A DNA stretch of 64,000 nt from an uncultured Planctomycetota bacterium (GTDB lineage Bacteria; Planctomycetota; Planctomycetia; Pirellulales; Lacipirellulaceae): positions 320,001 to 384,000 of the forward strand of contig CAVRBU010000001.1 of NCBI GenBank assembly GCA_963719315.1. Direction: 5' to 3'. Positions 1 through 9,680 of this stretch are shown here, piece after piece (position 1 is the first letter of the stretch; each line of letters begins with the position of its first letter). Made by a program: the position numbers and the translations under genes. The notes under the pieces are model-generated. The model was not told where the DNA came from and made no database searches. It was given only the letters and a program-made list of their open reading frames with translations.

Positions 1-627
1 CGGCGGGCCCGTGAATTCTTTGTTTTCGTTCTCGCCCATCAATGACACGAGCGAACGAACGCCGGGCGAAAAGGCGACGACGGTGACGTCGTTTCCATCG
101 ATCCACTTGCTCCAACGTGGCATTTGCGGCGTCGACGGCGCTGCGGAAGCCAGTTGTGCAATGCGGTCGCGTTGGTCGGGGTCCATCACCAGCGCCCATT
201 CACCGTGGTGGGCGACCAGCAAGTCTTCGCCGGCGATCGTGGCAGCGGCAATGCCGTCGATCAACGTTGCGCCGAGCGAGTTGAGAAATCGATCGTAGTC
301 GGCCACCGGCAGCCAAACGCAGAATTTGAGTGACTCTTCGCTGCCGACCGAGGCCGGAAAAAAGGCCAGCAGAAAATCGCCTTCGGGATTGAGGCCTGCG
401 CCAATGCCGGCGAATTCTTTCAGGAACGTCAGCGGCCGAGGGATGCTGCGTTGCAGGATGGCCGCCAACTGAGCGACTTTGGTATCCGCCGACGACAGAT
501 TGTGAACGAGCACGAAACCTAGCGCGTCGCTGGGTACCTGCGACAGAATATCGGCTGCCCGGCCTGTAGCTGGTGCAACGATCAGCAGAAAACAGAGCAC
601 GATACTGATGCGAATACGGCTATTCAT
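1..627 (-). CDS. Secreted hypothetical protein (3' end runs off the window)
   Basis: Manually read open frame from ATG at 627: MNSRIRISIVLCFLLIVAPATGRAADILSQVPSDALGFVLVHNL..., signal-peptide-like N-terminus, no stop before position 1. Confidence 0.75.
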   Translation of the reverse strand, partial: MNSRIRISIVLCFLLIVAPATGRAADILSQVPSDALGFVLVHNLSSADTKVAQLAAILQRSIPRPLTFLKEFAGIGAGLNPEGDFLLAFFPASVGSEESLKFCVWLPVADYDRFLNSLGATLIDGIAAATIAGEDLLVAHHGEWALVMDPDQRDRIAQLASAAPSTPQMPRWSKWIDGNDVTVVAFSPGVRSLVSLMGENENKEFTGPP

Positions 628-758
628 GGCGCGCCTAGCAATCCGGGTGATGAGGTCCGTCATCAGCTTTTATTATCGTGCGGCCGGTCAACTTCGGCAA
701 GAAAGCGCGTGCGGCGGCGGTCTCCTAATTTGGCACCGTTCGGACCGGAAATATGAAA

Positions 759-801
759 CACGGACTTCAGTCCGTACGAGAATCACGGACTGAAGTCCGT
801 G
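759..801. repeat. REP-like palindromic doublet
   Basis: cacggacttcagtccgt ... acggactgaagtccgtg: two self-complementary units in inverted orientation, intergenic. Confidence 0.65.
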
Positions 802-863
802 CCACAAGCTTGTTGTGCCGCAAATTGGGACACTACCCGTGCGGCGGCAGTGGCGTGTATGGG

Positions 864-916
864 TGTAGACCGCTCGCTCCACGAGCGGGATTCGGTTCGC
901 GGAGCGACCGACTACA
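864..916. repeat. GTAG-type REP-like element
   Basis: tgtagaccgctcgctcc...ggagcgaccgactaca: GTAG/CTAC ends with internal imperfect hairpins, just downstream of the tkt stop. Confidence 0.55.
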
Positions 917-919
917 GCA

Positions 920-2984
920 CTATCGGCCGCAGAGCTTTTGGACCGCCGCGATCACTGCTTCGGCCGTGATGCCGCGGTGCTTGTAGATTTCTTGGTAGGG
1001 GGCCGAGGCGCCGTAGGTATCGAGGCCGATAAACACGCCTTGGAATCCCAGGTATTGGTCCCAGCACTGCTTAACGCCCGCTTCGATGGCGATGCGTTTG
1101 GTCGCGGCAGGCGGCAGCACCTCCTCGCGGTAACTCGCCGGCTGTTCATTGAACAGTTCGAATGATGGCAGGCTGACGACGCGGCTCTTGATTCCAGCGG
1201 CGACGAGCTTTTCATGGGCGGCAATGGCAAGTTGCACCTCGCTCCCGGTGGACATGAGAATGACGTTCCGGCAGTCCTTTGCCGCTGTCGGCCAGCACGT
1301 AGCCGCCGCGGGCGACGCCGGTTGCCGGCGCATATTTCGTGCGATCGAACGTTGGCAAATTCTGCCGGGTGAGAATCATGGCGACAGGCCGCTCGGTTTG
1401 CTCCAGCGCCACGCGCCAGGCTTGGGCCGTTTCGTTGGCGTCGGCCGGGCGCAACACGATCAACCGCGGTATCGCGCGGCAGGCGGCCAGTTGTTCGATC
1501 GGTTCGTGCGTCGGGCCGTCTTCACCGACGCCAATCGAATCGTGCGTGAACACGATAATCGTGGGAATCTTCATGATCGCCGCGAGTCGAATCGACGGCC
1601 GGCAGTAATCGCTAAAGACGAAGAATGTCGCGCCGAACGCCCGCAGCCCGCAGAGGACCATGCCGTTGACGGCGGCCACCATGCCGTGCTCGCGGATGCC
1701 GAAGTGCATATTGCGACCACCCGGATTGTTGGCTTCCAAGTCGCCGCCGGCTTCTTCGAAGGTGAGTAGCGTTTTCGTGGATGGCGCGAGGTCGGCCGAA
1801 CCGCCGAGCAACCACGGGATGTTCTTGGCGAGGCCGTTAAGTGCCTTGCCGCCGGAGACGCGGCTGGCCATGCCTTTGGCATCGGCCGGAAACGTGGGAA
1901 GGTCCTTGTCCCAGCCTGTGGGGAGTTTACGGGATTGAATCATCCGCAATTCGGCCGCCAACTCAGGGTATTTCTTTTCGTAATCGCCGAAGAGCTGTAC
2001 CCAGTCGCGATGGAGCCGCGCGCCGCGCTTGCCGAGGGTATCTTGAAAATACTTCGGTACCTCGGGCGGCACGAGGAATTTGGCGTCCGCTGGCCAGCCG
2101 TAGAATTCCTTCGTCTTGATGATCTCTTCGTCGCCAAGAGGTTCGCCGTGAGCCTTGGACGTGCCGGCTTTGGTTGGCGCACCGTATCCGATGATGCTCT
2201 TCACTACAATTAGCGTCGGGCTGCCTTCGTGAGAGAGGAATCCCTGGTAGGCCTTATCCAGCGCGGCAAGGTCGTTGGCATCCTGCACGGCCAGCACGTG
2301 CCAACCGAGACCGCGGAATCGGGTGGCGACATCCTCGTCGAACGCCAGATCCGTTTTGCCTTCGATCGTGATGTGGTTGTTGTCGTAGATCCAACAGAGA
2401 TTCGATAGTTTCAAGTGCCCGGCAAGCGACGCGGCTTCATTCGAGATGCCTTCCATCAGGTCGCCGTCGCTGCACTGCGTCCAGACATTGAAATTGAACA
2501 ATTCGAAGCCGGGCTTGTTGTAGTGGGCGGCGAGCCAGCGCGAGGCAATCGCCATGCCGACACTGTTGCCGCAACCCTGGCCGAGCGGGCCGGTCGTAGT
2601 TTCGACACCGCTAGTGTGCTTGTATTCCGGATGTCCAGGTGTGCGGCTGCCCCATTGGCGAAAGTTCTTTATTTCCTCCAGCGGCAGCGAGGGCTGATCG
2701 GTCACTTTGCCATCGGGCGTGACCTCGCGGACGCCGGACAAATGAATTAGCGAATAGAGCAGCATCGAGGCATGGCCGCACGAAAGCACGTACCGATCGC
2801 GGTTTGGCCAAAGCGGCGCGGCCGGGTCGTACCGCAGATGTTGCGTCCACAACTGGAAAGCCACAGGGGCGAGCGCCATTGGCGTGCCGGGGTGCCCGCT
2901 GTTGGCAGCTTCGACGGCGTCCATCGCCAGTGTGCGGATCGTATTGATCGAGATTTGTTCGAGGCTTTGAGCGATGGTAGACAT
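920..2984 (-). CDS. tkt: Transketolase (one +1 frameshift near 1268, probably an assembly error)
   Basis: SGHPG, LSCGHAS, TTGPLGQG, GDLMEG, HFGIREH and GEDGPTH motifs in ORF 1212-3041; the C-terminal domain (NVILMSTGSEV...YGASAP) is in ORF 920-1333; removing one G in ccggaac joins them. Confidence 0.95.
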
Positions 2985-3131
2985 GGCGGCGGGCGAGTAA
3001 TTGCATTGCGAAAGCAGCGGGTCTTGGAGAGTCTCGCCCACATGGCCGCGTCTCTCCGAGACGCGAATCGATCCGCGAGCGATTTTACTGCTCTAGCTAA
3101 CGACCGTCAATCGAACAAGTCTCATTTCGAC

Positions 3132-3172
3132 TTGACGCGCCAGCGACCGCGACGTACAGTATCTTTGTACAA
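3132..3172 (+). promoter_or_regulatory. Sigma70-type promoter with yefM-yoeB-type operator
   Basis: TTGACG (3132-3137), 17 bp spacer, TACAGT (3155-3160); GTAC-core palindromes at 3154-3157 and TTGTACAA at 3165-3172 resemble the TGTACA operator of yefM-yoeB. Confidence 0.7.
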
Positions 3173-3200
3173 GTCTACAGATCTTGAGCTACCGACTTTC

Positions 3201-3485
3201 ATGATTAACACCACCTACAGTCAGGCCCGCGAGAATTTTGCTTCTTTGCTGGATCAGGTGACGCGCGACCGCGAGATTGCGATTATCAAGCGGCGCGGCA
3301 ACGAGGACGTGGCCCTAGTATCGGCCGACGAACTTTCGGGACTGCTCGAAACCGCACACTTGTTACGCTCGCCCGCGAACGCGAAGAGGCTACTTGCTGC
3401 CGTGCGGCGTAGTCAAACCAAAAAGATGCCATCCACACCGCTCGACGCTTTGCGCGAGGAGTTGGGCCTCGATGGCAAAAAGTAG
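3201..3485 (+). CDS. yefM: Phd/YefM family antitoxin
   Basis: TTYSQARENFASLLDQV...ETAHLLRSPANAKRL matches YefM; overlaps the toxin start. Confidence 0.92.
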   Translation: MINTTYSQARENFASLLDQVTRDREIAIIKRRGNEDVALVSADELSGLLETAHLLRSPANAKRLLAAVRRSQTKKMPSTPLDALREELGLDGKK

Positions 3486-3756
3486 AGCTCGGCGACAGCG
3501 GGAAGCCGTTTTCCATCCGGAATTCATCGAGGACCTGCGGCACTGGGTTAAGAATGATCGCCGCGTTGCGCTGCGCGCGCTGGAAATTGTGGAGGTAATC
3601 CTAGTCAATCCACTTACCGGAATTGGAAAGCCGAAACCTCTAAAGTATTTGGCGCCGAACACGTGGTCGCGCCGTTTGACGCAAGAGCATCGGATCGTGT
3701 ACGTCGTGAAAGAGCAGCGAGTTGAGTTTCTACAGGGGCGATATCATTACGGATGA
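3472..3756 (+). CDS. yoeB: Txe/YoeB family toxin
   Basis: GIGKPKPLKYL, WSRRLTQEHRIVY and C-terminal RYHY. Confidence 0.92.
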   Translation: MAKSRARRQREAVFHPEFIEDLRHWVKNDRRVALRALEIVEVILVNPLTGIGKPKPLKYLAPNTWSRRLTQEHRIVYVVKEQRVEFLQGRYHYG

Positions 3757-3762
3757 GTGGCC

Positions 3763-4035
3763 TCACTGCAAGCTTGCCAGAAATCGGTCGTATTCTGCGT
3801 GAGTGCCGATAAAAAACCAGACGATCGCGTCGTCACTGCGAACGCCAACGGCTCGATAGGAATCCGTCACACGCACGGACCACAAAGGCATGGTTGCATG
3901 TAGACGCTTAAACTGTAGTCCCGGGTGCAACGGATCATTGCGAAAACGTTGATAAGCGGCCCGCGCTCGTTTTTGAACATCGCGCGGCAGCTCGGCAAAG
4001 GCGCGCCGAAAAGATGGGTGAAGTCGCGAAATCAC
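3763..4035 (-). CDS. RelE/ParE-superfamily toxin
   Basis: F...LP.DVQ..A...F..DP.HPGLQFK, WSVRV...YRAVG, WFFIGTHAEYD; 4-nt overlap with the upstream small gene. Confidence 0.8.
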   Translation of the reverse strand: MISRLHPSFRRAFAELPRDVQKRARAAYQRFRNDPLHPGLQFKRLHATMPLWSVRVTDSYRAVGVRSDDAIVWFFIGTHAEYDRFLASLQ

Positions 4036-4250
4036 AATTGATCCGGATCGAGCGGTTCACACTGGCCAAGCCGGTCTGCTTCTAATACGTCTACCACTAG
4101 TCCTTGCAGTTTCCCTTCATTTGTTACTGTGGAGCGCATCCAGCGCTCGTCCTCTTCAATTTCATGCAGAACCATCGCCGCCAGGGCATCTTGGCGCTCG
4201 TCAGGCATTTGCTGCAGCCGCTCGATGACTTTTTCCAGCGCTTTTGTCAT
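4032..4250 (-). CDS. Putative antitoxin partner of the RelE/ParE-like toxin
   Basis: 72-aa acidic protein (MTKALEKVIERLQQMPDERQDALA...DERW), coupled to the toxin by a GTGA overlap. Confidence 0.7.
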   Translation of the reverse strand: MTKALEKVIERLQQMPDERQDALAAMVLHEIEEDERWMRSTVTNEGKLQGLVVDVLEADRLGQCEPLDPDQL

Positions 4251-4287
4251 AACTCAATTGTAGCACAATCACATGATTAGGCGTTAA

Positions 4288-5310
4288 TCACTCCAACTCT
4301 AGCCGGCAGCCCTTGGCGTAGCTCTCTTGCGCCTTGTTGACGATCGCCAGCGCCCGGTAGGCGTCTTCAAGACTGGACGTTTTCAGCACTAGGCTGCCGA
4401 CGTGGCGGTGGAAGTGCATGAAGAGTTGCTCACCGACGGGGCGGTCGTGTTCGAGCATTTCAGCGTGCTGGCCAGCTTCATCGAACCAAGTGAGGGTATG
4501 CGGTAGATCGAGGAAGGCGATCCCGCGTTGACAAACGACCTGCAAGTCGGCCGGCCGACGAAAAGCAGCGGCTTCACGCCATTGGGGCGCGACGTAGCTG
4601 CCGCAGGCGATTTGGGCCACGGGGCCGGTGCCGACTTCGCCCGTCGGTGAGAAGTCGAGCGTCATGACGAGGTAATCGTTGGGGCCGATTTCGTGCCGCT
4701 CCGCCGCACCGCGGGGGGCTGAGCGATGGCTTGCGCCTACGACGCTCGAGGCTTCGGTACCGACGACGTCACGGCACCAATCGACCATTTCGGTGAGTTG
4801 GCGCATGTCGGGTGAATTGTATGAGCCGCCGTTTTCGGGCTGCGACGTAAAACGGCGGTTACAGAACAGCAGTCGCGGCAGACCGAGGCGCGTCGCCATC
4901 AACTCCTTGAGCCGCAACGTCGCAGGCGCCAGGCGGCAGGGAAACTCGGCCATGAATGCCACGCCGGCATTTTGCACGCGGCGGCGAACTTCATCGGCCT
5001 CGTGTGTATCTAGATCGAGGGCAGCGGAGCAGTAGATTGCTTTACCGGCATCGCACGCGGCAAAGATCGGCAATGCACCGTACCAGCGTGCTGACAGCAG
5101 CAGGATGGCATCGATGTCACTACTTACGGCGAGCGCGCGGAATCCGTCACAAGCGCGGGCCGGCCAGCGCTGGGCAATTTCAGCCGCCCGATGGGCGACT
5201 GGGTCGCAGAAGGCACGAACCTCGAACCGATCGGCCAGCGCGCGGAGAGCTGGTGCGTGACGAGTTTCCCACGCCTGGCCAAGGCCAACGACGCCAACGC
5301 GAAGTTTCAT
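4288..5310 (-). CDS. Gfo/Idh/MocA family oxidoreductase
   Basis: N-terminal Rossmann motif MKLRVGVVGLG...; start placed at ATG 5310. Confidence 0.85.
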   Translation of the reverse strand: MKLRVGVVGLGQAWETRHAPALRALADRFEVRAFCDPVAHRAAEIAQRWPARACDGFRALAVSSDIDAILLLSARWYGALPIFAACDAGKAIYCSAALDLDTHEADEVRRRVQNAGVAFMAEFPCRLAPATLRLKELMATRLGLPRLLFCNRRFTSQPENGGSYNSPDMRQLTEMVDWCRDVVGTEASSVVGASHRSAPRGAAERHEIGPNDYLVMTLDFSPTGEVGTGPVAQIACGSYVAPQWREAAAFRRPADLQVVCQRGIAFLDLPHTLTWFDEAGQHAEMLEHDRPVGEQLFMHFHRHVGSLVLKTSSLEDAYRALAIVNKAQESYAKGCRLELE

Positions 5311-5452
5311 AAGGAGGATGCGGGATGCAGGATGCGGGGGGCAGGGATGACGGACATCAGCCTCGTCGAGCAGCATCAACTGTCGTATTTTGGCGGTGAA
5401 ACGGCAAGATGAATTCTACGCAACCTGCGGGTTAAGTGACGGAACTCCCTGC

Positions 5453-6124
5453 TCACTGCTCCTCGTTCCCGGCACCCAATTCGGCCAGCATTTCGGCCAG
5501 AAGTTCCAACGGCAGGCCGACGACGTTCGATTCACTCCCCTCGACAATGTGCACCCAGCCAAGCCGGTCCTGATAGCCGAAGGCGCCGGCTTTGCCTTCC
5601 CACTGGCCGCTGGCCAGGTATTCGTCGAGTTGCTCGTCGGTGAGTTGGTCCATGCGAAGTTTGGTAATGGCGACGCGGATGTGAGACTGACCCTCACCCC
5701 GGCCCTCTCCCGAAGGGAGAGGGAGACCAAGTGGCCAGAGGCAGACCCCGGTCAACACGCGGTGCTCGCGGCCGCTGAGTTGCGTAAGCATTGCCCGGGC
5801 CATCGCCTCATCGTGCGGCTTTCCGAGAATGAAGCCGTCGCACTCGGCGACCGTATCGGCGGCTAGGACTATGGGGGCTGCGGACTGGGGATTGGAAGCT
5901 AGCGATCGAAATTGCTGAACAATCGCCGCAGCTTTGCGAAACGCCAGTTCGGCCACGAGACCGGCCGGGCCAGATTCGCTGCAGACGCCGCATTCGATGT
6001 CCGCTGCGGGTGGCATTACGGTAAAACTGTACCCAGCTTCGCGCAGCAATTCCCGTCGCCGCGGCGAGCCGCTTGCGAGAATAAGGGGCTGAGAATTCGG
6101 GGCTGGAGGGCGGGGGCTATTCAC
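5453..6124 (-). CDS. maf: Maf family nucleoside triphosphate pyrophosphatase
   Basis: LILASGSPRRRELL, LAADTV, ILGKP, LSGREHRV, GKAGAFG and NVVGLP motifs. Confidence 0.93.
   Translation of the reverse strand: MNSPRPPAPNSQPLILASGSPRRRELLREAGYSFTVMPPAADIECGVCSESGPAGLVAELAFRKAAAIVQQFRSLASNPQSAAPIVLAADTVAECDGFILGKPHDEAMARAMLTQLSGREHRVLTGVCLWPLGLPLPSGEGRGEGQSHIRVAITKLRMDQLTDEQLDEYLASGQWEGKAGAFGYQDRLGWVHIVEGSESNVVGLPLELLAEMLAELGAGNEEQ
5691..5723. repeat. Palindromic element inserted in-frame in maf
   Basis: ccctcaccccggCCCTCTCCCgaaGGGAGAGGG, a perfect 9-bp stem that encodes PLPSGEGRGEG. Confidence 0.75.
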
Positions 6125-6175
6125 GGTCCATGAAATACACTATCGCTGCGCATTAATACTGCGCACCATTGTAAC

Positions 6176-6949
6176 TTGTTGAAATCCCGTCCCCAGCCCC
6201 TAATTCCCTGTGCTTCCGCCGTGCTCGAAGTACTTTACGAAGACAACCATCTGCTCGCGGTGAACAAGCCGGCATTGCTGCCCACGATGGGAGTAGCGGA
6301 CGACCGGCCGTCGCTCTTGGCGATGGCCAAGGAGTACGTTCGGCACAAGTATAACAAGCCGGGCAACGTATATCTGGGAATTGTCAGCCGGCTTGATGCG
6401 CCAGTGACCGGCGTCGTTCTGTTGGCGCGAACTTCTAAGGCCGCTGGGCGGTTGTCGGCCCAGTTTCGCGAGCGAGATGTCGAGAAAACTTACTGGGCGA
6501 TAGTCGAAGGCCATATCGAGCCGGCGACCGGTACGCTCTCTGACTTCGTACGCAAGGATGAACGACATCGGCGGATGCACATCGCTGGGGCGAATACGCC
6601 GGGGCGCAGGCGCAGAGTTGAGCTACCGCGTGCTTGCGACAGACAAGGAGAGGGGGAGACAAGGAGATTGGTCGTCCAACGTATTCTCCTTGTCTTCTTG
6701 TCTCGGCCCCGTCTCGCTGCTGGAAGTCCGCCTGCTCACGGGCCGCAAGCACCAGATTCGCGTGCAACTATCCCACGCAGGTTTCCCAATCGTCGGAGAC
6801 CGCAAATACGGCAGCCAGCGGCCATTCTCGCCGGGAATTGCGTTGCATTCGCGACGTCTAGTCGTAGAGCATCCGGTGAGTAAGATTCAATTAGAGATCG
6901 AAGCGCCCCGCCGCGCTCGTGGCGGCGGCTGCTTGAAGGCAGTGCGTGA
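6176..6949 (+). CDS. RluA/RluD family pseudouridine synthase (frameshifts near 6605 and 6908)
   Basis: VLYEDNHLLAVNKP and VSRLDAPVTG in frame 1; LLTGRKHQIR, PIVGDRKYG and IALHS in frame 2; one extra C near 6908 would give a typical EAPPPRSW end stopping at 6949. Confidence 0.88.
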
Positions 6950-7077
6950 ATTGCCAGCGTATCAAAAACAATGTTTCCATCCCGGCGCTGCTTGGCGCAA
7001 GACCGCAATCGAGGGTAGTATTTGAAGCGTGCTGTTTACAGTCCTTTAGGGACAGCAAACGGTAGGCGATTGAACGA

Positions 7078-8502
7078 ATGGCGTCCACCACGTCTCAATC
7101 TGTGTTTCGTAGCGCCGCTCTGGCGAGTGGGTTGCTCTCTCAACAGCAACTGGATGATGCTCTTGCCGGACTTGCCAAAGAGGCCGCCGACGCCGGGCAA
7201 GCGACTGCGGCTGATGCACTCAGCGATGAACTACTGGGTCAACGGCTCGTCGATCTTGGTTACCTGAATCGCTGGCAGGTCGAGCAACTGAAAGAGGGCC
7301 GCACGAAGTTCACGCTCGGGCCGTATCGGATCGTGAACGCGATCGGCCAAGGCGGCATGGGGCACGTGTTCAAGGCGGAGCACAAACTGTTGGGCCGCAT
7401 CGAGGCGATCAAAGTTCTACCTAAAAGTAAGAGCACGCCGGAGGCGGTCGCGGCATTTCAACGCGAGATTCGCGCGCAGGCCCAGCTCGATCACCCGAAC
7501 CTGGTGCGCGTGTCGTATGCCGACTTCGAGGGCGATACGTATTTCTTTGTCACCGAGTACGTGCCGGGCACCGATCTGCGGAAGTTGGTTCGTCGCAACG
7601 GTCCACTGCCCTACGCCACGGCGGCGACCATCATCGCACAGGCGGCCGAAGGGTTGCACTATGCCCATCGCCGCGGACTGGTGCATCGCGATGTGAAACC
7701 CGGCAATCTACTCGTTACACCGGAGGGCCGCACGAAGATCACGGACCTGGGCCTGGCGTGGTTCCTGATGGAAGAGCTGGAAGGCGGCAGGCCTGGGGGC
7801 GCGAAGCCAAATTCGCTCGTTGGCACGGCCGACTACCTCGCGCCCGAGACGATTCGCCAGCCGGACAAGATCTTGCCCGTGAGCGACGTGTACGCATTGG
7901 GCTGTACGCTGTACTACGCCGTGACGGGTAAGGTGCCCTTCCCCGGCGGCAATACGCCCGACAAGATTCGCCGGCACCTCGATGAAACGCCGCTCAACCC
8001 GCTGCATTTCAATCCCGATTTGCCGGAGGCGTTCTGCGACGCGATCGCCGCCATGATGGACAAGAACCCGGATACGCGGACGCCCACGGCGGCTGCGGTC
8101 GTCGAGTTGCTCCGTCCCTGGTGCGATGCGAATGCGATCAAGCAATTGGTCGAGTCGTCACCCGGAGGCTCGGGGATTTTATTCCGCGGCGGCGCTCCTG
8201 CACAGGCGGCTTCGCCGAGCCTCGATGAAACCGCCTCGTTCGTGCTGGACGACTTGGAGTTTCCACCGGGGCAAGTCGAAAGTCCCAGCCAGATTTCACA
8301 GGGCACGGTGTCCGTGGCCTCCGAGCTCGAAGATACGGTAGCCGGTGTGCAGGCCGCGCAGCGCGCGCAGGCAGCGCGACCAACGTCGCTCCCAGTTGTT
8401 GAGAAACCGAGCAGGCGGCGCTGGCCGAAGTTCGTGTTCGCCGCGCTGGTGTTGGCGGCAGCAGCGGCAGCGATCGCCGCTTGGTGGCTGGGCTATTTCT
8501 AG
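7078..8502 (+). CDS. Hanks-type Ser/Thr protein kinase with C-terminal membrane anchor
   Basis: IGQGGMG, AIK, HRDVKPGN, DLG, GTADYLAPE, SDVYALG; hydrophobic C-terminal helix. Confidence 0.95.
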   Translation: MASTTSQSVFRSAALASGLLSQQQLDDALAGLAKEAADAGQATAADALSDELLGQRLVDLGYLNRWQVEQLKEGRTKFTLGPYRIVNAIGQGGMGHVFKAEHKLLGRIEAIKVLPKSKSTPEAVAAFQREIRAQAQLDHPNLVRVSYADFEGDTYFFVTEYVPGTDLRKLVRRNGPLPYATAATIIAQAAEGLHYAHRRGLVHRDVKPGNLLVTPEGRTKITDLGLAWFLMEELEGGRPGGAKPNSLVGTADYLAPETIRQPDKILPVSDVYALGCTLYYAVTGKVPFPGGNTPDKIRRHLDETPLNPLHFNPDLPEAFCDAIAAMMDKNPDTRTPTAAAVVELLRPWCDANAIKQLVESSPGGSGILFRGGAPAQAASPSLDETASFVLDDLEFPPGQVESPSQISQGTVSVASELEDTVAGVQAAQRAQAARPTSLPVVEKPSRRRWPKFVFAALVLAAAAAAIAAWWLGYF

Positions 8503-8713
8503 GGCAAGATCGGTTTACCTGTGACGTCGGGTGGCATGCTTTCCCGCCGCGGCGGGTAAGCATGTGCTGGAAAATCGCCGACTTGCTTACACCGTTGGCG
8601 CGGCGAGAGCATGCCACTCGCTACATTCGATTCAAATCTGATCTTAAGGCACGGCGCTGGGGTGTCCCTTGCTTGCTTGCGCGGCGGGCTCCGATCGGGG
8701 CGTTTTGTACTTA

Positions 8714-9680
8714 GAACCCCTAACAAAACCCTTCGGTGAGTATGTTGAAGCAGATGAGAGATTGAGCCAGAGTCACAAAGGCTTTATGGATATCGGCCCT
8801 CCGATCAAATCGCGTTCGCAGCCGCCGGAAATTATTCATCCAACTGAGCGTACGTTCGGAAACCCAACGATAAATTCCTAGGCCGCTGCCATGTTCCGTA
8901 TTGCGTTTAGCCAAGTGGGGTTTGATGCCGCGATCGCGGAGTGCTTGTCGGTGCTTTTCGGAGTCGTACACCCGATCCGCATACACCTCTTCCGGACGCT
9001 GTTTCGGCCGGCCCGGTTTGCCCGCCACCGGCTCGATTCCGTCAATCAACGGGATCAGTTGGGTCACGTCGTGTCGATTGGCGGCGGTGAGAATGAATTT
9101 GAGCGGGACGCCGTTCGCATCGGTGACCACATGATGTTTACTGCCGGGTTTTCGCCGATCCGTTGGGTTCGGTCCCGTTTTTTCGCCGCCCCCTACAGCA
9201 CGAACCGTCGCACTATCGACTGCCGCTCGCGACCAATCGAGTTGATCGGCGCTGTGCAGATTCTCCAACAATGTTTGTTTCAACGCCTCCCAGACGCCTG
9301 CTTCGTGCCACTCCTGTAACCGTCGCCAGCAGGTCATTCCAGATCCACATCCCATTTCCAGGGGAAGATATTCCCAAGGAATACCCGTTCGTAAAACAAA
9401 AATGATTCCGGTCAAGACTTTGCGATCATCGATCCGCGGTCGGCCTCCTTTGGGGCTCGGTTCGTGTTCAGGGAGTAAAGGAGACAACATCTCCCACAAT
9501 TCGTCAGGAACTAATTCTTTAGCCATCGTTGGTCCTCCAGATAGTTGGTTTCACTCCAAAGGAATTCTGGGGACAATCAACGCCGTGTCACGACTGCAAT
9601 TTCAAAAACAAGTTTTACATCTTCCACAACGACTCGAATCAATTACTAGCACTGCTAGTAGACAGTATTGTTAGGGGTTC
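8714..9680 (-). mobile_element. IS5-family insertion sequence, 967 bp
   Basis: 13-bp terminal inverted repeats gaacccctaacaa (8714-8726) and ttgttaggggttc (9668-9680); 3-bp TTA target duplication (8711-8713 and 9681-9683). Confidence 0.92.
8720..9526 (-). CDS. IS5-family DDE transposase
   Basis: GGRPR, VLRTGIPW, TCWRRLQEW, VDSA, TGPNPTDR, YADRVYD, RWVSERT; single intact ORF. Confidence 0.93.
   Translation of the reverse strand: MAKELVPDELWEMLSPLLPEHEPSPKGGRPRIDDRKVLTGIIFVLRTGIPWEYLPLEMGCGSGMTCWRRLQEWHEAGVWEALKQTLLENLHSADQLDWSRAAVDSATVRAVGGGEKTGPNPTDRRKPGSKHHVVTDANGVPLKFILTAANRHDVTQLIPLIDGIEPVAGKPGRPKQRPEEVYADRVYDSEKHRQALRDRGIKPHLAKRNTEHGSGLGIYRWVSERTLSWMNNFRRLRTRFDRRADIHKAFVTLAQSLICFNILTEGFC

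Noticed and set aside
920..2984. tkt and leuC as pseudogenes or programmed frameshifts
   Set aside because: No slippery motifs or other decay, and similar indels recur throughout the window
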